A DNA stretch of 64,000 bases from Eledone cirrhosa (GCA_964016885.1 OZ024740.1:211606001-211670000), one strand, 5' to 3'. Positions 1 through 12,759 are shown, counted from the first letter of the stretch. Notes: generated from the sequence alone by a model not told the origin. Program-made: numbers and translations.

Positions 1-167
1 ATGAGCGAGATACGAGGGAGATATGAGCGAGATACGAGAGAGATATGAAAGAGATACGAGGGAGATATGAGCGAGATATAAGAGAGATATGAGAGAGATA
101 TAAGAGAGATATGAGACAGATAAAAAGAGATACGAGAGAGATATGACAGAGATATGAGAGAGATATG
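1..167. repeat. 11-bp minisatellite (GAGAGATATGA-like), cut by window start
   Basis: Tandem degenerate copies directly visible. Confidence 0.85.
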
Positions 168-402
168 AGGTAACATTGAAAGAATTGAATGAAAACAATT
201 GAAACCCAACACAGATGTGTAAATCTAATTCTGTGACAGTTAATATAGACATGTAGTGAAGAGAATATTGTGTTCTAGAGACAATTTATATATATGTTTG
301 TGTGTGTGTATATATATAAGTATGTGTGTGTATATATATATATATATATGTGTATATATATAAGTATGTGTATATATATATATGTATATGTATATGTATA
401 TA

Positions 403-433
<31 letters not shown>

Positions 434-491
434 GTATATGTATATAATGTATATAATGTATATATATATATAATGTATATATATATATATA

Positions 492-858
492 TATAATATA
501 TAAGATCAAAAGATGGTTAAAAGAATTCCATGTATTTTATTATGCGCATTTCAAAAACAAATATCATCATGCAATAACATTTGCGTTTTTGTCAGATAAA
601 ATAGGGAGACATGATATGAAGGTTAAAACACACTATTGAATAGTGCAGTTTTAAATCAACATATATATTGATTGCCTGATATATATGTTATTGCATGATG
701 ATATTTGTTTTTGAAATGCGCATAATAAAATACATGGAACTCTTTTAACCATCTTTCGATCTTATATATTATTTATACTCCAGTCCTACAAACTGTAGAG
801 TGCTACTTATCCGATATCTGCATTGCTTTATTGTACTACAATAAAACTCACCTCCTAC

Positions 859-861
<3 letters not shown>
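492..861. mobile_element. Family A HHR-bearing short element with inverted duplication, in (TA)n
   Basis: ~492-580 is the reverse complement of ~685-772; homologous to 36060-36351; flanked by TA repeats. Confidence 0.8.
533..603 (-). ncRNA. Type I hammerhead ribozyme, family A, core mutated (CTGACAA)
   Basis: Minus strand: tattttat CTGACAA stemII GAAA TGCGCA TA ataaaata; G8>A relative to the 36152 copy. Confidence 0.7.
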
Positions 862-910
<49 letters not shown>

Positions 911-1036
911 AAGTTTTATTTAAATTGTTGGGTTACAACGAGTAAATATTTATAACTGATATAAAAGCACTCAACAAGTATTTGGAGTATATTTACGATA
1001 TTAAATAAATGGAAACTATATTTATAAAACCATATT

Positions 1037-1102
1037 TATTTCATTATATATATTTCAGGGATATCATATTAAAAATATGGTATGCCTTCATCAGACAAAA
1101 TA
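1037..1102 (-). ncRNA. Type I hammerhead ribozyme, family B
   Basis: Mirror image of 1240-1305. Confidence 0.85.
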
Positions 1103-1239
1103 CAATATAAACAGTCTTATAAATAGATAGATTTGACATACCTTACAACTTCAACTTCCATTTAAAAATCAACTTTTTAAATGGAAGTTGAAGTTGTAAG
1201 GTATGTCAAATCTATCTATTTATAAGACTGTTTATATTG

Positions 1240-1305
1240 TATTTTGTCTGATGAAGGCATACCATATTTTTAATATGATATCCCTGAAATATATATAATG
1301 AAATA
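1240..1305 (+). ncRNA. Type I hammerhead ribozyme, family B
   Basis: tattttgt CTGATGA aggcataccatatttttaatatgatatccct GAAA TATATA TA atgaaata; stems I and II pair, stem III palindromic. Confidence 0.85.
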
Positions 1306-1366
1306 AATATGGTTTTATAAATATAGTTTCCATTTATTTAATATCGTATATATATATATATATATA

Positions 1367-1544
<178 letters not shown>

Positions 1545-1758
1545 GTATATATATATATGTATGTATATATATATATGTATGTATATATATATGTATGTAT
1601 ATATATATGTATATATATATATGTGTGTGTATGTATGTATATATGTAATTATACATATACGTATATATATATATATGTATACATGAATGTATGTATAGTA
1701 TATTTGCCAATATACCGTATGTTTAATTAAAAACATTATATATGTGTGTATCTATGTT

Positions 1759-1835
<77 letters not shown>

Positions 1836-1859
1836 GTCTGTCTGTATATATATATATAC

Positions 1860-1920
<61 letters not shown>

Positions 1921-2001
1921 TTAAGGGTACTATTTATGGTTATGTATGCAATAAAACCTTTGATGGTAATATATTATATATACACAAACCCTAAATAGTG
2001 A

Positions 2002-3009
2002 GAGATAGTCTTATTTAATAATAAGAATAGCAACTGCACACACACTAATAGGGATTGTAACAACAAGAGTAACCCGCACCACAGAAATGACCATAGGAAC
2101 ATTAAAGGAAACAAATCACCAGACATAAAAAACAGTAATAGAAGAAGAAATAATACATTTTTCAACCCTCCTTTAAATTTAAACGTCTCTACCAACCTTC
2201 CTAGGGCTTTCTTCTCACTACTAGATAAACACTTCCCATCCGGCCACAGGTACCACGGCCTTTTAAACAAAAACACTATTAAGATCTCATACTCTACTAC
2301 GCCTAACTTAGCATACCACATAGCTAGTACAAATAAAAGAAAAATTAATTCTTACTTCCAACAAACTAAATCACAACGGCCGATAAACCTTCAAAATAAC
2401 ATTCAAAATGACAGTCAAAGTAACATTATAACAAATAACCGTAATATCAATGGAAATAGTAGTAATAGCACTAGTGTAAACATTAACGCTGCGTACCACA
2501 ACCCGCATAACCATAACCCTATAGCTAACCTCCAAACTTCTACACAGCATAGTAACCGGCAGACTAGCACTCAGAGTAATTGTAACTGTAGATCAAGTAG
2601 AACCTGCCCTTTAGATAAAAAATGCTTAACCAAGGATATCATATACTCATGTACGGTCACAACTAACAGCTCTTCTGAAACCTACATAGGCTCCACTTCT
2701 AACTGCTTCAAAACTAGATACAATTCGCACCTCCACTCTTTCAAAAAACACAGTCTAGCCAACTCCACTTCACTATCTAGCTACATACACTATCTAAAAA
2801 CTAAAAATAAAATATATACACTTAAATGGGAAGTGGTAGGTAGTGCAACATCGTACAAACCACCCGATAAATTTTGTAACCTCTGTCTACTAGAGACCCA
2901 TACTATCATCTTCTCTAAACATAATCTCCTTAATAAAAAATCAGAAGTGTTCGCAAATTGCCAACACCGCTTCCGACACTCGTTCCAAAACTTTAAACCC
3001 TATATATAA
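2002..3009 (+). pseudogene. PLE ORF C-terminus: RT thumb, Asn-rich linker, CxCx5Cx5C zinc finger, GIY-YIG endonuclease (335 codons, no ATG)
   Basis: Frame +1: RRRNNTFFNPPLNLNVSTNL..LDKHFP..NKNTIKISYS..CNCRSSRTCPLDKKCLTKDIIY..TYIGST..FKTRYNSH..CNLCLLE..LLNKKSEVFANCQH*. Confidence 0.92.
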
Positions 3010-4550
3010 TAATGTCAGACTGGAACCGGCACCACCCCTAGCAATTAACATCAGTAGCACACCTTACACCTCACATCCACACCCATCTCTATACTCTAAA
3101 GATAATACTGACAGCATTTGAGTGCCACCTACCCTGGGAATACCCCCTTGTACTTCTAATACTGATATCCCGACCGTGGACTACTTATTCTGCATTGCAC
3201 AAATATAAGATTAGTATAAACTGGGGACACGGTACAGGTTGTGATAGCATAGTCCTGTGCATGGATTACCACCAAGAGATAGATTGATGATTAGATAGAT
3301 AATCGTATTGTTAAGTGAGTATATACTGTAAGCGATCAGTTCATTGAATTATGCACGTAATCATCTTGATGTGGACTCCTTTAATACCTATTAATAGACT
3401 CCACTCTAGCTTGGAGATGTGATACATAATTGATTTATATTTGAGACGGGGGTTGTCTATTACCTGATGGCCAGACTAGTGCGTTTATATGAGAGATCGG
3501 ATCTCCGGAACATACCGAAGATTTACTGGAGATGCAGGCAAGCAATGACCCGGAGCCTACCGGGTGGCATATATAATAGTGGGACCATACCAGGTCCTAC
3601 TGTTGTATTACATTTGCATGGAACAGTGACTTGAGAGTCCGACTCCTCTTATAGAACGTTTAGATATGACACCCCTTAATTATTGGTTGGCAATCATCCT
3701 AGTATATACACCCTTGTACTTCTTAATGAACAACTCTCTAACTTATAAATGGGTACCATACTCTAGATATTAGTTATAACTTCACATGATAGGCACGTAT
3801 TTGAATCACCATTAATGTAGTTTAGCATAGTAATGTAACTAAAATAACTAGCTAGTTACCTCCCCTTACGCATTAATTCCCCTTAATCATTCAGGCACTT
3901 CCGGAATTTGGACAGCATGATATATTAATTAAGAACCGACTGGATACCGTTTATAGCTTGACTATATGCTGAACCACTGCGAATTATACGATAGACGCGT
4001 GTTCTCTATATATATATTGCGTCTCATGGATTATGTGAGTGGTGGTGTGAGCAAGGACAGTGGTACGACCTTGCCTACGATACAATAAGGTTTATAGTAT
4101 GTTGAAGGTTTTTGATATTTTGGTGTTTCCCCGCATCCGAGACTGTATATCATACAGATGTATGAGAATAAATGACTTAATAATTCAGCCTATATTATAA
4201 GATCGATTGCCTGCTTCAACTGCCTGACCCTGCAAATATCATTCTGACGCACTCTAATCATGTATAGATAAGACAAGCGTGCATGCTACACGGGAGATTG
4301 CTTCATGCACTGACTACTCTAAGCTTTCCTCTTGCTTTATCTTCATAGACTGCCAACGCTTCATGTTTATCTTTATTTTCACTCTTGCTTTTATTTTATT
4401 TTATTTTATTTTATTTTTATCATGTAACACTTTATATGTAAATTGCCATGCTATTTCATTTGATGAATGTCACCCCACTGTTGATCAATATGCGCATATG
4501 TTTTATGTGTCTCTTGGGTTGAAAAGGAGGTCAAGTATGTTATAAGTAGC

Positions 4551-4597
4551 TGCTCCGAAGAATCCAAACCTCGGTTTGGAGGAAACAATTGTAAGCA
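4551..4597 (+). ncRNA. Degenerate type I hammerhead at the PLE 3' end
   Basis: tgct CCGAAGA a tccaaacc tc ggtttgga g GAAA CAATTG TA agca; U4>C change in the core. Confidence 0.65.
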
Positions 4598-4656
4598 AAT
4601 AAATGACTTAAACTGAACTTTGATTACTGTAATCTCTCTCTCTCTATATATATATA

Positions 4657-7600
4657 TGTCCTGGGTATGACATTAAACTACATCCAGTGGCAAGGCTCCA
4701 GTTCGGGAGTTCAGGAGATGTGGGGAATGTGGAGTTACCCCTTAGTTGTCATGACTCCCAGGTCTGCCCTGGCCCGGGGTGGTAGTACATGTTAGGGCTC
4801 CATTTATGGGTTAAATAACTACCTTATTCGAGTGGCGCCGGTAAGGTATTGTCAGCCATTGAAAAGAAATATGGAGAGTCGATCTAACAGCACTAGGGTT
4901 AGAGCCCCTAATTACACTGTCAAGGAGCAGCCTGGTCGTTATGACTCTGATGGCTTAGAGCCACAGAGAGGGCCAGTGGATGATGGATCAGCTGTCTCTG
5001 AGACAAATATAAAGAATGCAGAAGAGCCATCAAAATGGGCACTTTGAATGTGAGGACTATTCGGACGCTGGAGAAGGGAGAGGAGTTGGGACATCTGTTC
5101 GAGGAGAGTGGTATACAGATACTTGCGATCCAAGAATACAGGATTCTACACGATGAGCCCGTGAGGAGTGTGATGATCGGGAAGAAGAGCCAGCTCATCA
5201 CTACATCGGCAGTGAAGAACACAACAAATGCTGCAGTAGGAGGAGTGGGTTTTGTGTTCAGTGCAAAAACCAATCTGTTGGTGAGGGAAATAATGCCTAT
5301 CTCCCCGCGAGTGTTGAGGGTGACCTTCAATGGAAACCCAACACTGACAGTCATCTCAGCCTATAGTCCAACCGAGGGGGACAGTGATGTGAGTGCGGAA
5401 GAGTTCCATGAGGAGGTGTGTAGAGCTGTCAACACCACTCAGGCACACAATATCCTGCTTGTTTTGGAGGACTTCAATGCACATCTGACTAAGGAGGGCA
5501 GTGAAGATCCTTGCTGGTGCTTCCATAACAACACCAACCGAAATGGAAGAATACTGGGAGACACCCTGCTGGAGGCGAACTTGATGGCGACCAACCTAAG
5601 GTTTAGGAAGAATCTGGGGAAGATGTGGACCTACATCTCAGATATGCACCTGTCCAAGTCCCAGATTGATTTCATTCTGGTGAGGAAAAAGTGGCGGAAT
5701 AGTGTTCTGAACACGGAACCATACAGCTATTTCAGTACACTGGGTAGTGACCACCGGCTTGTTATGAGTGAGGTCCGGGTGAGCTTAAGAAAGAGCAAGG
5801 CTCGGCCCCGGAGAACAATCTATGACTGGGGAGCTTTCAAGGAAGATGATAAGCTATAGGAGAGGTTCACAGTGGAAGTGAGAAACAGGTTTAGTGCTCT
5901 GTGTGGAGGGTCAGAGGAGAGAGAGATTGGATGGACTGAGGAGAGTGTGACGAGGAGGTACGGGCACTTCACCAATGCAGTGGCGGAAGCAAGTGAAACC
6001 CTGGTGCCGAGGAAAAAGAACAAAGGGAAGCACGTCAGCTCTGCAAACCCCAAAATGTGTGCAGCCAGAGAACACCTGAAAGCTGCCAAGGACCAATTCT
6101 ATGCTGATCCTACGGAGGAGAGGATGTTGAGGTGATGAGGGAAGAGCTCTGTACCGGTTACACTGAGGTCAGAGAGGAGGCACTGATAGAGAAGATTAGA
6201 AGTGTGGAGAGAGCAGTTGACAGATCTGGATGTAAGGAGAGCTGGATGATCATCAACGAGATCACAGGGAGGAAGAGAAGGTGTTCGAGTCAGATCCAGG
6301 GAACGGGACTCGAGGATAGGAAGAGGAAATGGCTAGACCATTTTAGGACCCTACTAGGAGAGCCACCCTCCACAGCCCAGAGCACTGGGGAGATCAGGCG
6401 GCTGTTTGAGGAACTGGATGTTGAGACAGAGCCCTTCACCAGAGAGGAGCTTCAGAGAGCCAAGAAGAGGATAAAGGAGGGCAAGGCTCATGGAGAAGAT
6501 GGAGTGGCATCAGAGGTGATGAAGAGGTGTGATTTTGATGATAACATCCTGGGGTTCTGTAAAGGGGCACTGGAGAAAGGAGTTTCCCCGAATCAGTGGA
6601 GGATCAGTAACATCGTCCCAGTGCCAAAGAAGGGAGATCTCTCTAACACCAACAACTACCGGGGGATCTCACTGACGTCACTTGTGGCAAAGACCCTCAA
6701 CAGGATGATTCTTAACAGGATCCAGCCTGAGATGGAGAAGAAGCTCAGGGACAACCAGAACGGCTCAGAGAGGGTAGATCAACCACCAGTCACATCCTGA
6801 TGCTGAGGAGGATATTAGAGGGAGCTAGAGCAAAGTGCCTTCCTGCGGTCATGGTTTTCATTGACTTTAGGAAGGCCTTTGATTCTGTGGACCGTTACTG
6901 CCTAATGAAGATCTTACAGGCTTATGGAATCCCCAAGAGGATAGTGGATCTGATATCACTGCTCTACACCAACACCAAAGCCCAAGTCATTACACCTAAT
7001 GGGATGACAGAGTTCTTTGAGATACTGGCTGGAATGCTCCAGGGAGATACATTGGCCCCCTACCTTTTTATCATCGTAGTGGACTATTGTATGCGCCTTG
7101 CACTGGAGAAACACCAGGACTCTGGCTTTACTGTAGCACCGGTTCAGAGCAGGAGAGTTAGGGCGAAAAAGGTATCGGATGCTGAATTTGCCGACGACAT
7201 AGTTTTGGTGACAAATACAGTGAAGGAGGCAGAGGATTTGATGCGGGAGGTTGAGACTGTGTCGATGAGTGTGGGGCTGAAAATGAATGAGACGAAAACA
7301 AAATATCTGGTAGAGAATGTTGAGAAGCCAGAGGGGATCACTAATGTAGGCGGGAAGCCGCTGGAATTGGTTGAAGACTTCCTGTATTTGGGAGCAAAGA
7401 TTGGGAATACGGAAGATGATGTGGTTGAGAGGAAGAGCAAGGCCTGGGCGGCGTGCCACAGCTTGAGATCGGTGTGGAAGTCGGACCTTCGTAGAGACCT
7501 GAAAATCCGCCTCTTCATTGCTGTAGTGGAGTCTGTGCTGCTGTATGGGTCTGAGACTTGGACACTGACCAAGAAACTCACTCAGATGGTGGATGGGTGC

Positions 7601-7950
7601 TACACGAGAATGCTGAGGATGGCTCTGAACATTAATCAGTATACACTGAGGATGAAAAACTCAGAGCTGTATGGGAGCATCCCAAAAGTCAGCTCAAAAG
7701 TGACACAGAGGAGACTGAGGATAGCTGGACATGCTCACCGACATCCAGAGTTGACATTGCACTCAGTGCTCCTTTGGGAGCCCCTACATGGACACACTAG
7801 AAGAGGAAGACCAAGGTTAACGTATGTTGATGCCCTAAAGACAGACACTGGTCTGTTGGAGACGCAGGACATGGCAGCGATAATGAGGGACAGAGACCGC
7901 TGGAGAGAACTCGTCCATGGATCTCGGGAATTTTACCCACCTTAGATAGA
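4657..7950 (+). mobile_element. Near full-length RTE-group LINE (APE + RT) in (TA)n
   Basis: APE motifs GTLNVRT, IQE, SAYSPT, DFNAH, IDFI, SDH; RT motifs NYRGISL, FIDFRKAFDSV, QGDTLAPYLF, FADD; C-terminal RGRPR. Confidence 0.93.
5035..7945 (+). pseudogene. Disrupted APE-RT ORF
   Basis: Stop at 5857-5859 and frameshifts near 6130 and 6765 split it into four track ORFs. Confidence 0.9.
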
Positions 7951-8146
7951 TATATATATATATATTGTTATGCTTTGGGAGGGTCATGTTGCCAATAAGA
8001 AACACACGCACCAGTTGCTTTCACTTCAATTTATTATAAATTAAATTAAATTTATAAATTTAAGAATTTATAAATTTCCGGAATTTTATACTATATATAT
8101 ATATATATATATATTTTTTCACTGTATATATATATATATATGTCTG

Positions 8147-8206
<60 letters not shown>

Positions 8207-8209
<3 letters not shown>

Positions 8210-8306
8210 TGTGTCCCAAAAAATGTATATACACTTCAACAGTATCCTAATAAATATTGTCTGTACATGCAATCAAAATGTGTATATATTTCTTTGGAAC
8301 ATCCTG
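8207..8306. mobile_element. Tc1/mariner-type MITE
   Basis: Imperfect TIRs cagtgtgtcccaaaaaatgtatatacac / tgtgtatatatttctttggaacatcctg in a TA context. Confidence 0.6.
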
Positions 8307-8331
8307 TATATTTATATATATATATACATAT

Positions 8332-8375
<44 letters not shown>

Positions 8376-9254
8376 GAAGAAAGATATATTGAGAGTGGGG
8401 GTGGGAATAAAGTAGGTGGGTGACTCCATGAATGAATATAATGTAATGAATGTGTAACAAGTAGCAGCTTATGATCTGATAATCGTGTGATTCTAATTTT
8501 AATTACATGCGTTGGGGAGAAGGTGGGGATCTTTACCGAGGAGAGTAATGTCCATTGACATTTTCAGCCCACCTAACCAAAGATAGAGAGAAAGGTTGGG
8601 TGGGGTGAGGGTGCTTTTACAGGTAATTTGATTTGTTGACAAAGAAAATATCTCGATGTGAAAGAGTTTCGACAGAAGCTTTGTAAGAGGGGAAATTGTT
8701 AAGTATGAAAAGGAATGGTTAGAAGGCGGATTGTATAGAAGCTTTTTAAAGGCTGGAAGTGAGTTTGTCAATTACAAATGAACACATATATGGTAGTAAA
8801 ATAACTAAAATCAGGCTCCTTTCTAAGGTTTTGGTCCTCGGTGGAAGGGAAGTTCAGAATATTTTAGGTGGGCACTCTTTCCCATGATAGTTTTCAAAAT
8901 GAATCTGACCCTTTGGAAGGCGTGCTTGAGGTCTCTGCTCCCGCCCCCTACCCCAGGAGTAAGTGATCGAAGAAGAAAAAGGCAGAGGAGGATACCTAGT
9001 TGAAAATTACGGGTGCTGTGCCATCCGGTACCCTACCTCCCCTGGTGACGGGCTTGGGTAAAATAGAGAAAGAACATTGTTCAGTTGCGGCCAAATGTTT
9101 CAAGGACTTATCCATTATTTATATATGATGGACTCGGAGCCACATTAAACTCAATTGATTCCCCCAAGCACAGCCAAACAATTGTTCTAGAGAGAGAACA
9201 AATTAATATAAAAAACATGTAGTGACCTACATTCCGCGGGTTCACATACATTCT

Positions 9255-9390
9255 CTGTGCGTGAATTGGCTCAGCTCAGCCAATCAGCGCCAGTAGAAGA
9301 GGATGTATCCCTACGCGTCCTGAGGGGAGAGATTACCCGCGAAGATTTGAAGAATCTCTCTCTTCCAGCTCGACCGTGCCAAGGTAAACT
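9255..9390 (+). promoter_or_regulatory. Possible CCAAT-box promoter / first exon
   Basis: ATTGG and AGCCAATCAG adjacent, local CpG enrichment, AAG|GTAAAC donor-like site near 9383. Confidence 0.3.
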
Positions 9391-10049
9391 ACTTTTCTTT
9401 CGCCGTGAAATCACTAGCCAATATGTAACACAACAATTTAACCACGGCCTGGCAACACCTAACAGCCAGTAGCCCGTGTCTTTCTGAAATCTTAATTCGT
9501 TTGTTTTATTTCTCTTGGCATGCCAGCTCAACCTTTGTTAATAAATAATGTAAAAACAAGCTAAAGTCGTTGTCAATATTCCTATCATATCTTTCTACCA
9601 AAGGTGGTTCCTCGTGGCAACATTGTTTAACCACTTACCAACTTCTAAATACCTTCTCTGCTAAAAACATAAATGTTTATTAAATTTCATTTAAAGATAC
9701 AAGAAACTACAGAATGTTTTCTCAGTAACTTTGGGAAATACTGACCATATTTAAGACTGTTTGGGGAAATCTGATTCGTGACAAACGGCATCTCAGAACT
9801 GACTTGGGATTATTACAACAACAACAATATTTCTTAATCAGTGGAATTTTTTTTTTTTTTTTTGTCATTGTTTTGTCTAGCATTTCCGTTTAAAAAATGA
9901 TGCCAACATCATCATCGGACCGGGCGAATTGCCCGGGCCAACCTTTCGTTAGCTTAGTAACGCAGTTGTGTACACTATCACTACAAATGCGGGTAGTTGT
10001 TCCCTAACTGAACCTTTCGTTAGCAGAATAACAAGTTGTGTACATCACC

Positions 10050-10348
10050 CAGAGGCGTAACTAATGTATGGCAAGCATAGAACGTGCCATGGGTCTCACA
10101 TGAAGGGGGCGCCACCTGGAATAAGAGCACCTTCTATTAAAGTCAAACAATCCTCGTCAGAGAGTGAAAAAAGAAACTCCTTCAGATGTATGATCTGTCT
10201 CTGATTATCATTGGTGAGAAACACTATGGTAACTGGATCATTAAATCATTTATATAAATTATTAGATCCATAGGTAAAAATAGAGTGTTGGGAAGAAGCG
10301 TAATTTCACTGCCTGCCATAGGCGCTATTTTCCCTAGTTATGCCTCTA
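10050..10348. mobile_element. hAT-like non-autonomous element inserted in the 75-bp array
   Basis: TIRs cagaggcgtaacta / tagttatgcctcta; TSD not clear. Confidence 0.7.
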
Positions 10349-10354
10349 ACACTT

Positions 10355-11362
10355 CTACAAATACTGGCAGTTGTCCACTAACTGAACCTTTCGTTAGCAG
10401 AGTAACACAAGTTACATACACCATCTCCACTACAAATGCTGACAGTTGTCCACTAACTGAACCTTTCGTTAGCAGAGTAACACAAGTTACATACACCATC
10501 TCCACTACAAATGCTGACAGTTGTCCACTAACTGAACCTTTCGTTAGCAGAGTAACACAAGTTACATACACCATCTCCACTACAAATACTGGCAGTTGTC
10601 CACTAACTGAACCTTTCGTTAGCAGAGTAACACAAGTTACATACACCATCTCCACTACAAATACTGGCAGTTGTCCACTAACTGAACCTTTCGTTAGCAG
10701 AGTAACACAAGTTACATACACCATCTCCACTACAAATGCTGACAGTTGTCCACTAACTGAACCTTTCGTTAGCAGAGTAACACAAGTTACATACACCATC
10801 TCCACTACAAATGCTGACAGTTGTCCACTAACTGAACCTTTCGTTAGCAGAGTAACACAAGTTACATACACCATCTCCACTACAAATACTGGCAGTTGTC
10901 CACTAACTGAACCTTTCGTTAGCAGAGTAACACAAGTTACATACACCATCTCCACTACAAATGCTGACAGTTGTTCACTAACTGAACCTTTCGTTAGCAG
11001 AGTAACACAAGTTACATACACCATCTCCACTACAAATACTGGCAGTTGTCCACTAACTGAACCTTTCGTTAGCAGAGTAACACAAGTTACATACACCATC
11101 TCCACTACAAATGCTGACAGTTGTCCACTAACTGAACCTTTCGTTAGCAGAGTAACACAAGTTACATACACCATCTCCACTACAAATGCTGACAGTTGTC
11201 CACTAACTGAACCTTTCGTTAGCAGAGTAACACAAGTTACATACACCATCTCCACTACAAATGCTGACAGTTGTCCACTAACTGAACCTTTCGTTAGCAG
11301 AGTAACACAAGTTACATACACCATCTCCACTACAAATGCTGACAGTTGTTCACTAACTGAAC
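10355..11362. repeat. 75-bp minisatellite, ~13.4 near-identical copies
   Basis: Unit ttgtccactaactgaacctttcgttagcagagtaacacaagttacatacaccatctccactacaaat(gctgac/actggc)ag; diverged copies at ~9929-10047. Confidence 0.97.
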
Positions 11363-11893
11363 TTGGCTATCTTGACTGTTGACTATTGTTATAATTCTTC
11401 CGCTAACATCGTCTTTATCATCCACCATTGACTTCTAACAATCTCCCGGCTACCATACTTACCAAGGGGGAAGTACTTGAAAGTTCTGTGAAACACTTTG
11501 AACGATTCAGTATAGAGTATATGAGTGGTTTCCAGACCTGCAAGAGAATTTTTGGAAGGAGGTACAAGACACCTTTGGGGGCCAAAGCAGGCAAAGAGTT
11601 TTCTCAAAATGGATGTTGCATGGTTGCTGTGGAGCCTTGTTAGCTCTTGGGTCCCGGAACAAAGTACCGACTGGACCCTCCCCCCACTCTCATAGTCACT
11701 GGTGGTTTCTTGATTGCCACAACAAACCATGCGGACATTTGAAGAGGGTCTTACAAGATTCTACCAATGTTGTTCGCCACGTGCCCATGAAATTTATCTA
11801 TGGAGTTCAATAAGTTTGACCTTTCAGCGCATTAACTAGGAATTACCATCGTTCCGATAACTTGATGGTATTTCAATACAAGAGGACAGCAGG

Positions 11894-12065
11894 CAGTGCC
11901 GGATTTGCCATTGTGCTTTGGTGTTCTTAAGTACAGGTCCCCGTTGGTCGGGGGGGGGGGGGGGCATCTTCCTGCCAAAAAAATGTTTGGCCTCCTTCAG
12001 GGCCCAAGTAAGGGGCCTCATAACTTAACTACCACAGGGCCGCATCTGCCCTAAATCCGGCACTG
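11894..12065. mobile_element. hAT MITE
   Basis: TIRs cagtgccggattt / aaatccggcactg; 8-bp TSD acagcagg / tcagcagg. Confidence 0.85.
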
Positions 12066-12169
12066 TCAGCAGGGGTATAGCCAAGGCCATCTTTCAAAGT
12101 AGGGCGTAATACGAGGGAACGTACTCATACCACATGCTCAGCTCTGCTTATGCTTTTAATGCCCCCCTC

Positions 12170-12375
12170 ATCCTCCTCCTCATCCTTCTTCTTCTTCTTC
12201 TTCTTCTTCTTCTTCTTCTTCTTCTTCTTCTTCTTCTTCTTCTACCCACTCTTGCGAGGGTCCTGAGAGTCCATTAAATACACCTAGCGGGTCCTGTCAG
12301 AAGCAACCGATTCTAATTGATCCGGTTCGGTCCCCAAGCGAGACCAGCGGAGCTCATGGATGTTAACCAACTATT
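12170..12375 (-). mobile_element. RTE LINE 3' fragment with (GAA)n tail
   Basis: Homologous to 17714-18134 and 61945-62375. Confidence 0.7.
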
Positions 12376-12473
12376 TTGTTCGTAAATCTGATTTAGAAAC
12401 GATTTTGACATTTTCAAAGTTTATCTTTCTTTGAGTTTTATCATGAGTATTGAATACATTTTATACTGTAAGC

Positions 12474-12759
12474 CAGAGGTACCTCCCCCGGGGACGTTGA
12501 AAAGGTCCAAGGGCCGCTGGTGCCTAAGGAGGCAGTGAGGGGGGTAGGGTAGAGATGATATAACAGTATATTAAATATTAAATGATACATATATATAATA
12601 TTTATTTATACATAGTATATATTATATCATTTATTATATATAAATTAACGAATATTTATTATGTATTATTTACAATTTGAATGTAGGCAGGTCTCTCTGG
12701 AAATATGGGTGGGAGCGCTGAGGGTATTATGTGGTCATAAAAAAATTTGAGAACTTCTG
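12474..12759. mobile_element. hAT (Charlie-like) MITE
   Basis: Ends cagaggt...gagaacttctg; 8-bp TSD ctgtaagc / ttgtaagc. Confidence 0.75.

Larger units (their letters stand above)
908..1348. mobile_element. Family B HHR-bearing palindromic element in (TA)n
   Basis: Apparently perfect 175-bp arms 994-1168 / 1174-1348 with a 5-nt loop; homologous to five other loci. Confidence 0.9.
1917..4632 (+). mobile_element. 5'-truncated Penelope-like retroelement (probably Naiad-type): ORF end, ~1.6-kb 3' region, terminal HHR
   Basis: PLE thumb and GIY-YIG ORF, HHR-like motif at 4551, bounded by TA/CT microsatellite; assigning 3010-4550 to the element is inferred. Confidence 0.8.

Noticed and set aside
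1996-2001. In-frame TGA as selenocysteine in the Naiad-like ORF
   Set aside because: Preceded by TAG and not at a conserved Cys; no SECIS identified by eye
8440-8800. Possible APE endonuclease remnant on the minus strand (TRLSDHKLL)
   Set aside because: A single short motif is too weak to call
10355-11362. CRISPR-like array (also 16316-16768)
   Set aside because: No unique spacers, no cas genes, eukaryotic context
11389-11810. Possible Gypsy integrase remnant (SILRKLFACFGP)
   Set aside because: No DDE or other supporting motifs
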